From the NCBI GenBank assembly GCA_963847705.1, contig CAWKBC010000017.1, positions 160,001 through 224,000 of the forward strand: DNA of 64,000 nucleotides. Direction: 5' to 3'. Positions 1 to 13,067 of this stretch are shown piece after piece (position 1 is the stretch's first letter; the number at the start of each line of letters is the position of its first letter). Source of the stretch: an uncultured Pseudomonadota bacterium. Lineage in GTDB: Bacteria > Myxococcota_A > Polyangia > Fen-1088. The notes beneath the pieces were generated by a model, which was not told where the DNA came from, ran no database searches, and saw only the letters and a list, made by a program, of their open reading frames with translations. The translations under genes were made by a program, and so were the position numbers.

Positions 1-1
1 T

Positions 2-307
2 TCGCCGTTCTGCGTGCTCGACGAGGTCGACGCGCCGCTCGACGAGGCGAACGTGGGCCGCTTCAACCAGGTGGTGCGCGAGATGACCGAGTTCTCTCAG
101 TTCATCATCATCACGCACAACCGGCGCACCATGGAGATCGCCGATCGGCTGTGCGGGGTGACCATGGAAGAGCCGGGCGTCTCCAAGCTCGTGGCGGTCA
201 ACCTGCGCAGCAACGGCGGGGACGGCAAAGACGGCAAGCCGGAGAAGATCGGCCGCGCCAAGGTGGCGACCGCGGTGGCGCCCGAATCTGCGCCGGCTCA
301 GGCTTGA
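2..307 (+). CDS. smc: Chromosome segregation ATPase SMC, C-terminal fragment (5' part outside window)
   Basis: [17 protein letters not shown] (Walker B/D-loop), QFIIITH (H-loop) and [11 protein letters not shown], typical of the SMC C-terminus. Confidence 0.92.
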   Translation, partial: SPFCVLDEVDAPLDEANVGRFNQVVREMTEFSQFIIITHNRRTMEIADRLCGVTMEEPGVSKLVAVNLRSNGGDGKDGKPEKIGRAKVATAVAPESAPAQA

Positions 308-317
308 CAACGCAGCA

Positions 318-346
318 TTGACGCGTTACCAGCGGTCCCCTAAACT
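318..346 (+). promoter_or_regulatory. Sigma70-like promoter of the ferredoxin-cmk unit
   Basis: TTGACG-N17-TAAACT, ending 16 nt before ATG 363. Confidence 0.6.
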
Positions 347-362
347 CCCCGGCAAGAAATCG

Positions 363-656
363 ATGGCCACCTACATCACCGAAGAATGCATCAACTGCGG
401 GGCCTGCGAGCCCGAGTGCCCCAACGAGGCGATCAGCGAGGGCGATGACATATACGTCATCGATCCGAAGCTCTGCACCGAGTGTGTCGGTTTCCACGAC
501 CACGAGGCCTGCCAGGCGGTCTGCCCGGTCGAGTGCTGCCTGCCCGATCCGAAGAACGTCGAGACCGAAGACTCGCTGATCGCGCGCGCCAAGTCCTTGC
601 ATCCGGACAAGGCGTTCGGTGACGGCTACCCGTCCCGCTTCCGCAAGAACGGCTAG
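363..656 (+). CDS. 2[4Fe-4S] ferredoxin, YfhL family
   Basis: CINCGACEPECP and CTECVGFHDHEACQAVCPVECC motifs. Confidence 0.92.
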   Translation: MATYITEECINCGACEPECPNEAISEGDDIYVIDPKLCTECVGFHDHEACQAVCPVECCLPDPKNVETEDSLIARAKSLHPDKAFGDGYPSRFRKNG

Positions 657-668
657 CGTTCAGTCGGA

Positions 669-1439
669 GTGAGGGACAGGGTGGGCGAGCGCAGGGAGGC
701 TTTGCCGACCGGAGCGAGCGGGGGCGCGGGGGGCCAAAGCGAGCGCGTGGCGCGGAGGTTGATCGTCGCGATTGACGGGCCCGCGGGGGCTGGGAAATCG
801 ACCACCGCGCGCCTGCTGGCGGAGCGGCTCGGCTACGCGTTGCTCGACACGGGCGCGATCTACCGGACGATGGCGCTGCGGGCCCGCGCCGCGGGGATCG
901 CCTGGGACGACGGGCCGGGCGTGGCCTCCCTGGCCGACGCCCTCGACCTCTCGTTCCGGCTCGAAGGGACGTTGAACCGGGTGTTCGCGAACGGGGACGA
1001 GCTGACCTCGTTGATTCGGACCCCCGACATCTCGGATGGCGCCTCCCGCGTCTCGGCGCTGCCAGAGGTGCGGGCGGCGCTGCTCGGGCTTCAGCGCCGG
1101 ATCGGAGAGGCCGGGGGCGTGGTGGTCGAGGGGCGCGACATCGGGACGGTGGTCTTCCCCAACGCGGAGGCGAAGTTCTTTCTGACCGCCACCGCGGACG
1201 AGCGGGCCCGGCGCCGGGTCGCCGAGCTGCGGGCGGCGGGCAAGCCGGCGGAGCAGGAGACGACCCGGGCGGAGATCATCGCCCGCGACGAGCGGGATTC
1301 GACCCGCGCAGCGGCCCCGTTGCGGCGTGCCGACGACGCGATCGAGATCGACTCCAGCGCGCTCGGTCCTGATGAGGTGGTGTCACGCATGGCCACCATC
1401 GTGAATGCCCGCGCCAGCAGGGCTCCGGCAGGGTCCTGA
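669..1439 (+). CDS. cmk: Cytidylate kinase (start uncertain)
   Basis: IAIDGPAGAGKST-type P-loop, LDTGAIYR, VEGRDIGTVVFP; lies upstream of rpsA. Confidence 0.95.
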   Translation: MRDRVGERREALPTGASGGAGGQSERVARRLIVAIDGPAGAGKSTTARLLAERLGYALLDTGAIYRTMALRARAAGIAWDDGPGVASLADALDLSFRLEGTLNRVFANGDELTSLIRTPDISDGASRVSALPEVRAALLGLQRRIGEAGGVVVEGRDIGTVVFPNAEAKFFLTATADERARRRVAELRAAGKPAEQETTRAEIIARDERDSTRAAAPLRRADDAIEIDSSALGPDEVVSRMATIVNARASRAPAGS

Positions 1440-1501
1440 ACCAGCGCCAGGACCCGGGAATTTGCCCTCCAGACGCTTCGCGTCGGCAGGCTCCGGATGC
1501 G

Positions 1502-1530
1502 TTGACATTCCCCAGGCGCGACGCTAAGTT
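1502..1530 (+). promoter_or_regulatory. Sigma70 promoter of rpsA
   Basis: TTGACA-N17-TAAGTT. Confidence 0.7.
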
Positions 1531-1658
1531 TCGCGCCTTCATTTGACCTCGGGCACGCCGAATGGTCGGTGCGCGCCGGGATAAACCCGAACCCCCGCAA
1601 CGTGCGGGACGTCCGCAGAAGGCCCCAGGTGTGGGCCCGGAAGGCAGAGGATTAGCGC

Positions 1659-3440
<1,782 letters not shown>

Positions 3441-3476
3441 CGTCGAGAGCGACGCAGAGAGCGCGAAGGTCGAAGA

Positions 3477-4790
3477 ATGACCCCGGCGACGCGCACGCTG
3501 GCGTGGCTGCGCCAGTTTGCGAAGCTCTGGGGCTTTGCGCTCTTCTGCGTCCTCGTCGTCTACATCTTCCGGGAGGTCGTCCTCCCGTTTCTGTTCGCCA
3601 TCCTGGTGGCGTACATCCTGGCGCCGCTGGTCGACCGATTCGGCCGCCTGCGCCTGGGCGGAAAACCGTTCCCGCGCGCAGCCGCGGTGATCATCCTCTA
3701 CGTCAACATCATCGCGATCCTGAGCCTGTTCATCGGCTACTTCGTGCCGAAGCTCTCCGGCGACTTCGCGCGCCTGTTTCGTGAATCGCCCCAGCTGTTC
3801 GCCAAGGTGAACCGCGAGTGGCTGCCGCGCGCGGGCGCCTGGGTCGACCACCACTTCGGCGCCGAGCAGGGGGAGGGGACCGAGGACGTCATCACCGGAC
3901 CGGTGGCGCCGCCCTCACCGCACTCCATCATCCTCGAGCCGATGAGCGAGGGGCGGTACCGGGTCGATCTCGACACGCTGGCGCTGGAGGTCCGTCCCGG
4001 CCCCGACGGCCGTTACGTCATCGCGCCGCCGCATCCAGAAGACTCCGGCGGGGGCGGCGGCGGAAAGTGGGAGCGGTCGATCAAGCAGTGGCTGTCGGAG
4101 CGGCTCAAGTCGACCGAAGGGGAGAGCCAGCGCGCGCTGGAGTACGGCCAGAAGTTCATCGGCGCCGTGGTGGCCGGGATCGGGCGCCTCTTCCTGGTCC
4201 TGATGGTGGCGGCGTTCATCCTGGTCGATCTGGTCCGCATCCAGGACTTCCTGCGCTCGCTCGTCCCCGAGCAGTACCAGGTCGACTACGAGCGGATCGC
4301 CAGCGGGATCGACCGAGGCCTCTCGGGCGTCATCCGCGGGCAGCTGGTGATCTGCTGCATCAACGGCGTCTTCACCTACACCGGCCTCTACATCTTCCAC
4401 GTGAAGTATCCGCTGCTCCTGGCCGGGATCGCCGCCACCATGAGCCTGGTCCCCATCTTCGGCTCCATCCTTTCATCGGTGCCGATCGTGGCCATCGCGC
4501 TCATCTCCTCGGGCACCTTCGATCTGCGGCAAGGGGTGCTGGTGCTCGCCTGGATCATCTGCATCCACCTGCTCGAGGCCAACCTGCTCAACCCGAAGAT
4601 CATGGGCGACGCCGCCAAGATCCATCCGGTGCTGGTGGTCTTCGCGCTGATCGCCGGCGAGCACAGCTACGGCATCGTGGGCGCTCTCTTCGCCGTCCCG
4701 GTCGCCTCGATCATCCAGACGATCTTCATGTACTACCGCAAGCGGCCGCGACAGCCGACGTCGGTCGTGGTCGTCTCGTCGTCGCCCTAG
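3477..4790 (+). CDS. AI-2E family transporter
   Basis: Multi-TM protein with LVPIFG, LEANLLNPKIMG, IHPVLV and GALFAVPVA motifs. Confidence 0.88.
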   Translation: MTPATRTLAWLRQFAKLWGFALFCVLVVYIFREVVLPFLFAILVAYILAPLVDRFGRLRLGGKPFPRAAAVIILYVNIIAILSLFIGYFVPKLSGDFARLFRESPQLFAKVNREWLPRAGAWVDHHFGAEQGEGTEDVITGPVAPPSPHSIILEPMSEGRYRVDLDTLALEVRPGPDGRYVIAPPHPEDSGGGGGGKWERSIKQWLSERLKSTEGESQRALEYGQKFIGAVVAGIGRLFLVLMVAAFILVDLVRIQDFLRSLVPEQYQVDYERIASGIDRGLSGVIRGQLVICCINGVFTYTGLYIFHVKYPLLLAGIAATMSLVPIFGSILSSVPIVAIALISSGTFDLRQGVLVLAWIICIHLLEANLLNPKIMGDAAKIHPVLVVFALIAGEHSYGIVGALFAVPVASIIQTIFMYYRKRPRQPTSVVVVSSSP

Positions 4791-4842
4791 CGGGTGCTTG
4801 GTCGCACTCGCCCGAGCGACTGTTGGTCGCCCTGGCGGCGGC

Positions 4843-5682
4843 TCACAGAGGCAGGACTTGAGGCGCGCGATCCGGCCCGGCGATCAAGGCCGACCGATTG
4901 GGGACCTCGTGCCAGCCGGCCCGCTTCGCCACGTCTCGGTCCGCCTCGACGACCAGCGCCCGCAGCCCCTCGTGCGGGACGCGGCGTCCGTTGCCGGCGT
5001 CGTGCCTGGCGTGGCAGACGGGGCAGTCGGTGATCCCCTCGATGCCGAGGTAGCGGATCGGATGGGCGCACCCGGTGGCGATGAAGCAACGGCCATTGGT
5101 CGCGGCGAGCGCGATCTGCAGCGGCGCCGCCTCGACCTCGGCCAGGAGTCCGTCGACCAGGGTCAAGCTGTTGCGCAGGGCCGCGTGAACAGCCGTCGGC
5201 GCCGGCGTGGGCTGATCCAGAATCCCGGCGTCGTGCAGGAAGGCCAGGAAGAGGTGAAACAGATGCTCGCTCGCCGCCTTCCCCCGGATGTTGCGGCGCA
5301 GGAACGCCGGCGTCTTCTCCAGCATCTTTTCGCGGATGGTCTCGAAGGTGGCGTCCGGGAGCTCGGCGATCGAGCCGAACAGCCAGGAGCGGAAGCGGAA
5401 CGGATCGGCATCCTCGGCCGGCGTGCTGCCGTCATGGGCCAGGCCCACGCGCCCGATCAGCGCCTCGGCGCGCGTGTCCTTCACCAGGTTGTAGAGGTCG
5501 ACCTCGACGGTCTCGGCGCGCGGACGCTTCTGCAAGAGCACATCGCCGCCCTGCACGAAGCCGAGGCCGTAGCCCTCGACCGTGCGCGCTTCGCCGCGCA
5601 CGTACAGGGCTGCGCGCGCCGAAAACAACGCACAGGCGAGGTTCTCGGGCTCGTTTCCGAAATACGCGACGAGGTGCCTCAC
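4843..5682 (-). CDS. Class II glutamine amidotransferase-like (Ntn fold) protein lacking the N-terminal Cys
   Basis: GYGLG, PFRFRSWLF, RRNIRGKAASEHLFHLFL resemble the GATase_4/YafJ family; N-terminus reads MRHL, not MCRL. Confidence 0.7.
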   Translation of the reverse strand: MRHLVAYFGNEPENLACALFSARAALYVRGEARTVEGYGLGFVQGGDVLLQKRPRAETVEVDLYNLVKDTRAEALIGRVGLAHDGSTPAEDADPFRFRSWLFGSIAELPDATFETIREKMLEKTPAFLRRNIRGKAASEHLFHLFLAFLHDAGILDQPTPAPTAVHAALRNSLTLVDGLLAEVEAAPLQIALAATNGRCFIATGCAHPIRYLGIEGITDCPVCHARHDAGNGRRVPHEGLRALVVEADRDVAKRAGWHEVPNRSALIAGPDRAPQVLPL

Positions 5683-5711
5683 GACGCAAATAGAAGTATA
5701 CGGACCCCTGC

Positions 5712-6347
5712 ATGAAAATCACGGAGATCTACGCCAGCATTCAGGGCGAAACGCAGTACGCAGGGCTGCCGTGTACGCTCGTGCGCACGACCGGGTGCGA
5801 TCTGCGCTGCGGGTACTGCGACAGCCCCTTCGCCTTTCAAGGCGGGCGGGAGATGACGTTGGACGACATCGCGCACGAGGTCGACCGTCTGGGCGCTCCG
5901 CTCGTGCTGCTGACCGGCGGTGAGCCGATGCTCCAGCGGGAGCTGCCCGCCCTGGCGGCGCGCCTTCTCGCCGCGGGGTACAAGGTCATGATCGAAACCT
6001 CGGGGGCTCATCCGCTGGCGTCGCTTCCGGATGAGGTGGTTCGCATCGTCGACGTGAAGACACCTGCCTCGGGCGAATCGCACCGGATGAGGTGGCAGCT
6101 CCTCGCCGAGCTGCGGCCGCGAGATGCCGCCAAGTTCGTGGTTGCAGATGAAGGGGACTATCGGTGGGCGTGCGACGTCATCCGCGAGCACGACCTCGGC
6201 CGCCGGACAGAGGTGCTTCTCTCACCCGTTCATGGGCAGCTCGACCCCAAAAACCTGGTCACATGGATGTTACGAGATCGGCTCCCCGCCAGGCTCAACC
6301 TGCAGCTGCACAAGTATGTCTGGGATCCGGAAGCCCGCGGCGTATAG
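5712..6347 (+). CDS. queE: 7-carboxy-7-deazaguanine synthase (radical SAM)
   Basis: SIQGE, CDLRCGYCD, LTGGEP, C-terminal LQLHKYVW. Confidence 0.9.
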   Translation: MKITEIYASIQGETQYAGLPCTLVRTTGCDLRCGYCDSPFAFQGGREMTLDDIAHEVDRLGAPLVLLTGGEPMLQRELPALAARLLAAGYKVMIETSGAHPLASLPDEVVRIVDVKTPASGESHRMRWQLLAELRPRDAAKFVVADEGDYRWACDVIREHDLGRRTEVLLSPVHGQLDPKNLVTWMLRDRLPARLNLQLHKYVWDPEARGV

Positions 6348-6404
6348 CTTTAAAAAACCAGCACTTGCTGGCGAAGCCCCAAGATCCGGGATAAGATATT
6401 TCAA

Positions 6405-6434
6405 TTGACAGGCCGCGCCGCCGCCTGTTAGGTT
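6405..6434 (+). promoter_or_regulatory. Sigma70-like promoter upstream of the HTH gene
   Basis: TTGACA-N17/18-T(T)AGGT(T) in an AT-rich intergenic region. Confidence 0.5.
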
Positions 6435-6516
6435 CCGGACGACTTTTAGGCAGTAACTGTCCAAAAACGTTAAAGAAAACTCGTCGAGGAGACGAGCTTT
6501 GGAGAGTCCCGACTCC

Positions 6517-7011
6517 ATGGACGACGAGCACTTTGGAAACTGCCTTCGACGCGCGAGAGAAGAAAAATCTCTCACGGTTGGTGACGTTTCGGCATCGACG
6601 AAGGTTCCGCGCTCGGCCATCGAGCTCCTGGAGTCAGGATCGCTGAGCGGTCTGCCGGCGCATGTGTTCGTGCGCGGCTTCATTCGATCGTATGCCAAGG
6701 CCGTCGGGATCGCCGACGCGCAGCCGCTCGGGCTCTTCGATCGCGCGATCAACCGCGAGAGCGAGGTGGCGCGGGCCAAGTCGGTGAGCCCGGTCGTCGA
6801 CCCCAGCCTCGCCGGCGGCGCCGTCGAGGAGGACGACGCCGGTCGTCGCCGGGGGCTCGGCCTGGCGGTGTTCGTGATCATCTTCGTGCTGATCGCGACG
6901 ATCACGCTGTCGTTGCTCCTGCGCCGTCCGCCCCAGTCGGGTGAAGGTCTGTCGGAGCGCTCGCCCACACCGGCGCAACTCGTCGGTCCGGCGACCCGCA
7001 CGCTGACCTGA
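6517..7011 (+). CDS. RodZ-like HTH_25 protein with one TM helix
   Basis: FGNCLRRAREEKSLT...LP AHVFVRGFIRSYAKAVG, then a hydrophobic helix; short C-terminus. Confidence 0.8.
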   Translation: MDDEHFGNCLRRAREEKSLTVGDVSASTKVPRSAIELLESGSLSGLPAHVFVRGFIRSYAKAVGIADAQPLGLFDRAINRESEVARAKSVSPVVDPSLAGGAVEEDDAGRRRGLGLAVFVIIFVLIATITLSLLLRRPPQSGEGLSERSPTPAQLVGPATRTLT

Positions 7012-7043
7012 CCCGATCTAGAATCGGGCTAAGCTCGGGAGCG

Positions 7044-7814
7044 ATGGCCTCCGCTTCCTTGTCGACCCCCGCGATCGTGTTGCGCGCGGTGAATTACGGC
7101 GAAGCCGATCGGGTCGTCACCCTGTTTGGCCGAGAGACCGGACGCGTCTCCGCGCTGGCGCGAGGGGCCCGCAAGAGCCAGCGGCGGTTCGCGGGCGGGC
7201 TCGGTCTGTGCGCGGTGGGTGTCGCTTCCCTGCGCGAGCGCGCCGGCGCCGAGCTTCTGACGCTGGAGGGATTCGACACGACGGTCTCCCATCCAGCGCT
7301 CGGGACCGACGTGGCCCGGATGGCGCACGCCGCCTACGCCGCCGAGCTCGTGACCAAGCTCTGCGCGCCACGGCAGGTCGAGCGGGCCGTCTACGGCTGG
7401 CTGGAGGCGCTGCTCGGCCTCGTCGACGCCGAGGGGGCGAGCGCCGAACGGCTGCGCGTGTTCGAGCTGGGGCTGCTCCGCGGGCTCGGCTTCGGTCCCG
7501 TCATCGACCGCTGCGCGGCGTGCGGCGAGAGCACGCCGACCATCTCCTTCCGCTGGGACCCCGATCGGGGCGGCGCGGTCTGCACCGCTTGCGCCCGGGG
7601 AGGGCGCCCGCTCACGGCGGCGGCGCGGACGGCGCTCATTCGCCTGTCGCAGGTTTCGTTACCCGATGCGGGGCGTGAGACCCTGTCCAGCGACGTGAAC
7701 CGCGACTGCCGCGAAGCGCTGCTGGAGATCATCAACCACCACATCAGCGGTCCGTTGAAATCGGTGGAATTCATTGCCAAGCTGAGCGCCAGCGGGGCAG
7801 GGGGGCACCGATGA
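7044..7814 (+). CDS. recO: DNA repair protein RecO
   Basis: AIVLRAVNYGEADRVV, ARGARKS, CAACG...CTAC zinc finger. Confidence 0.95.
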   Translation: MASASLSTPAIVLRAVNYGEADRVVTLFGRETGRVSALARGARKSQRRFAGGLGLCAVGVASLRERAGAELLTLEGFDTTVSHPALGTDVARMAHAAYAAELVTKLCAPRQVERAVYGWLEALLGLVDAEGASAERLRVFELGLLRGLGFGPVIDRCAACGESTPTISFRWDPDRGGAVCTACARGGRPLTAAARTALIRLSQVSLPDAGRETLSSDVNRDCREALLEIINHHISGPLKSVEFIAKLSASGAGGHR

Positions 7815-8197
7815 CCAGACCGGCAATGCTCGGAATCCGTCACGTCGCGCTCACGGTCCAGGATCTCGAGGCCGCCGAGAGCTTCTGGGTCGGGGTGATG
7901 GGGTACGAGATCGAGTGGCGGCCCGACGCCGACAACCTCTACCTGCACGGCGGGCGCGACAACCTGGCTCTCCATCGGGGGAACGTTCAGGACGGCGGGC
8001 AACTCGATCACATCGGGATCGCCGTGCCGACGGCCGCCGACGTCGACGCCTGGGCGGCCCACCTCGCGGCGCACGGCCTGTCGCTCAAGGCGCAGCCCAA
8101 GACCCACCGCGACGGCTCCCGCTCGCTCTACTTCCACGGTCCCCAGAACCTCCTCATCCAGATCATCCACCACCTGCCGATCTCGACGGGACCCTGA
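7811..8197 (+). CDS. VOC/glyoxalase family protein
   Basis: GIRHVALTV, LDHIGIAV, HRDGSRSLYF motifs; ATGA overlap with recO. Confidence 0.85.
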   Translation: MTRPAMLGIRHVALTVQDLEAAESFWVGVMGYEIEWRPDADNLYLHGGRDNLALHRGNVQDGGQLDHIGIAVPTAADVDAWAAHLAAHGLSLKAQPKTHRDGSRSLYFHGPQNLLIQIIHHLPISTGP

Positions 8198-8278
8198 GAG
8201 GGTCCCGTGCCCCCCGCGATGGGGCCGGCCAGGCAAAGCCTGTCCGTCCCCGACGCGATCGACTAGATTATCGCCCCC

Positions 8279-9913
8279 ATGCCCGCGTCATCGCTCGAAC
8301 AGATCGTCAGCCTGGCCAAGCGCCGGGGATTCGTCTTCCCGTCATCGGCCATTTACGGCGGCCTCGGCAGCACCTGGGACTACGGCCCCCTGGGGGTGGA
8401 GCTGAAGAACAACGTCAAGCGCGCCTGGTGGCGCTCCGTCGTTTACGACCGCGACGACATGGAGGGCCTCGACGCCGCCATTCTGATGAACCGGCTGGTC
8501 TGGAAGTACTCCGGCCACGAGGCCACGTTCTCGGATCCGATGACCGACTGCCGGAGCTGCAAGGCGCGCCCGCGCGCCGACCACGTCTTCGTGGCGCAGA
8601 AGGGGCGCGACCCGGTCAACGTCGGCGAGATCAACGCCGCCATCGAGGCCAAGGAGCTGAAGTGCCCCAAGTGCGGCGCCACCGACCTGACGCCGGCGCG
8701 CCCGTTCAACCTGATGTTCAAGACCACCGTCGGGCCGGTCGACACTGGCGACGACTCGGGGCTGGCTTACCTGCGGCCGGAGACGGCGCAGGGGATCTTC
8801 GTCAACTTCGGCAACATCCTGGACACCATGCGCCGGAAGCTGCCGTTCGGGGTGGCGCAGATCGGCAAGGCGTTCCGCAACGAGATCACGCCGGGCAACT
8901 TCACCTTCCGGACGCGCGAGTTCGAGCAGATGGAGATCGAGTACTTCGTGAAGCCGGGCGAGGACGAGGCGGCGCACCAGGCCTGGATCGACGCGCGCAC
9001 GCAGTGGTACGTCGATCTGGGAATGCGGCGCGAGAACCTGCGCCAGCGCGAGCAGACCAAGGACGAGCTGGCCCACTACGCCAAGCGCTGCGTCGACCTC
9101 GAGTATCGCTTCCCGATGGGGTGGAGCGAGCTCGAGGGGATCGCCAACCGCACCGACTACGATCTGAAGGCGCACAGCCGCAGCCCGGAGAACCCGGATG
9201 CGGTGGGCGAGCTGCGCTACTTCGATCAAGAACAGAAGAAGCACATCGTCCCCTACGTGATCGAGCCGTCGGCCGGGGCCGATCGGGCGACGCTGGCCTT
9301 CCTCTGCGACGCCTACGACGAGTCGCTGGTCAAGGAGCCGGCGGCCGAGGAGACCGCCAAGCTGCGCGAGCTGGTGGAGAGCTTCGCCAAGTCGGTCAGC
9401 AAGCGCGATCCCAAGCAGATGGAGACGGCGACCAAGGAGCGGCTGGTCGCGGCCGCCGAAAAGATCGCGGCGGGGCTGCCGGGATCGTTGCCGGAGCTGC
9501 TGGGCCTCGCCGACGACGCCGACGCCAACCGGATCGAGGTCTGGAAGAAGGTGCGGGGCGCCGCCGAGAAGCTCGGCGAGGAGCACACCCGAACGGTCCT
9601 GCGCCTCAACCCCAAGCTGTCACCGATCACGGTGGCGGTCTTCCCGCTCAAGAAGAACGAGCCGCGGCTGGTCGAGACGGCGCGCGGGATCAAGCGTGAC
9701 CTTCAGCGCGCCGGGCTGCGGACGGTCTATGACGACACGGGCGCCATCGGGAAGCTCTACCGGCGGCAGGACGAGGTCGGCACGCCGTTCTGCATCACCG
9801 TCGACTTCCAGAGCCTGGACGACCAGACCGTGACCGTGCGTGATCGAGACACCATGGGACAGGAGCGGGTGGGGATCGCGGAGCTCGGGGCGGCGCTGCG
9901 GGCCAAGGTCTGA
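8279..9913 (+). CDS. glyQS: Glycine-tRNA ligase, alpha2 (GlyQS) type
   Basis: LRPETAQGIF, FRNEITP, FRTREFEQME, IEPSAGADR, YRRQDEVGTP. Confidence 0.96.
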   Translation: MPASSLEQIVSLAKRRGFVFPSSAIYGGLGSTWDYGPLGVELKNNVKRAWWRSVVYDRDDMEGLDAAILMNRLVWKYSGHEATFSDPMTDCRSCKARPRADHVFVAQKGRDPVNVGEINAAIEAKELKCPKCGATDLTPARPFNLMFKTTVGPVDTGDDSGLAYLRPETAQGIFVNFGNILDTMRRKLPFGVAQIGKAFRNEITPGNFTFRTREFEQMEIEYFVKPGEDEAAHQAWIDARTQWYVDLGMRRENLRQREQTKDELAHYAKRCVDLEYRFPMGWSELEGIANRTDYDLKAHSRSPENPDAVGELRYFDQEQKKHIVPYVIEPSAGADRATLAFLCDAYDESLVKEPAAEETAKLRELVESFAKSVSKRDPKQMETATKERLVAAAEKIAAGLPGSLPELLGLADDADANRIEVWKKVRGAAEKLGEEHTRTVLRLNPKLSPITVAVFPLKKNEPRLVETARGIKRDLQRAGLRTVYDDTGAIGKLYRRQDEVGTPFCITVDFQSLDDQTVTVRDRDTMGQERVGIAELGAALRAKV

Positions 9914-10079
9914 TCACGTCTCGAGGAGCGTCCGGACGGGCGCCCCGACCGGCTCCGGGGTCTCCTGGAAGCCGGTCGGTTCGTGGACGGCAGACCGGCG
10001 TCCGTGCCAGGGCGCAAATGGTCGAATTCGTGCGAGGAAAACCTTCCTTGGCGAGCCATGACAGGGTAAATAAGCGCCC

Positions 10080-13028
<2,949 letters not shown>

Positions 13029-13067
13029 CGGACAACCGGACTGCACCGGGTCGGGTCGAAGAACCGA

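Noticed and set aside
5011-5025. CPVCH as a c-type heme-binding motif
   Set aside because: The protein has no export signal, so heme c attachment is unlikely; a metal-binding CxxC is more plausible.
6384-6411. ATCCGGGATAA-GATATT-TCAATTGACAG as a second dif-like site
   Set aside because: The right arm does not resemble a XerD arm; it is better explained as the -35 region of a promoter.
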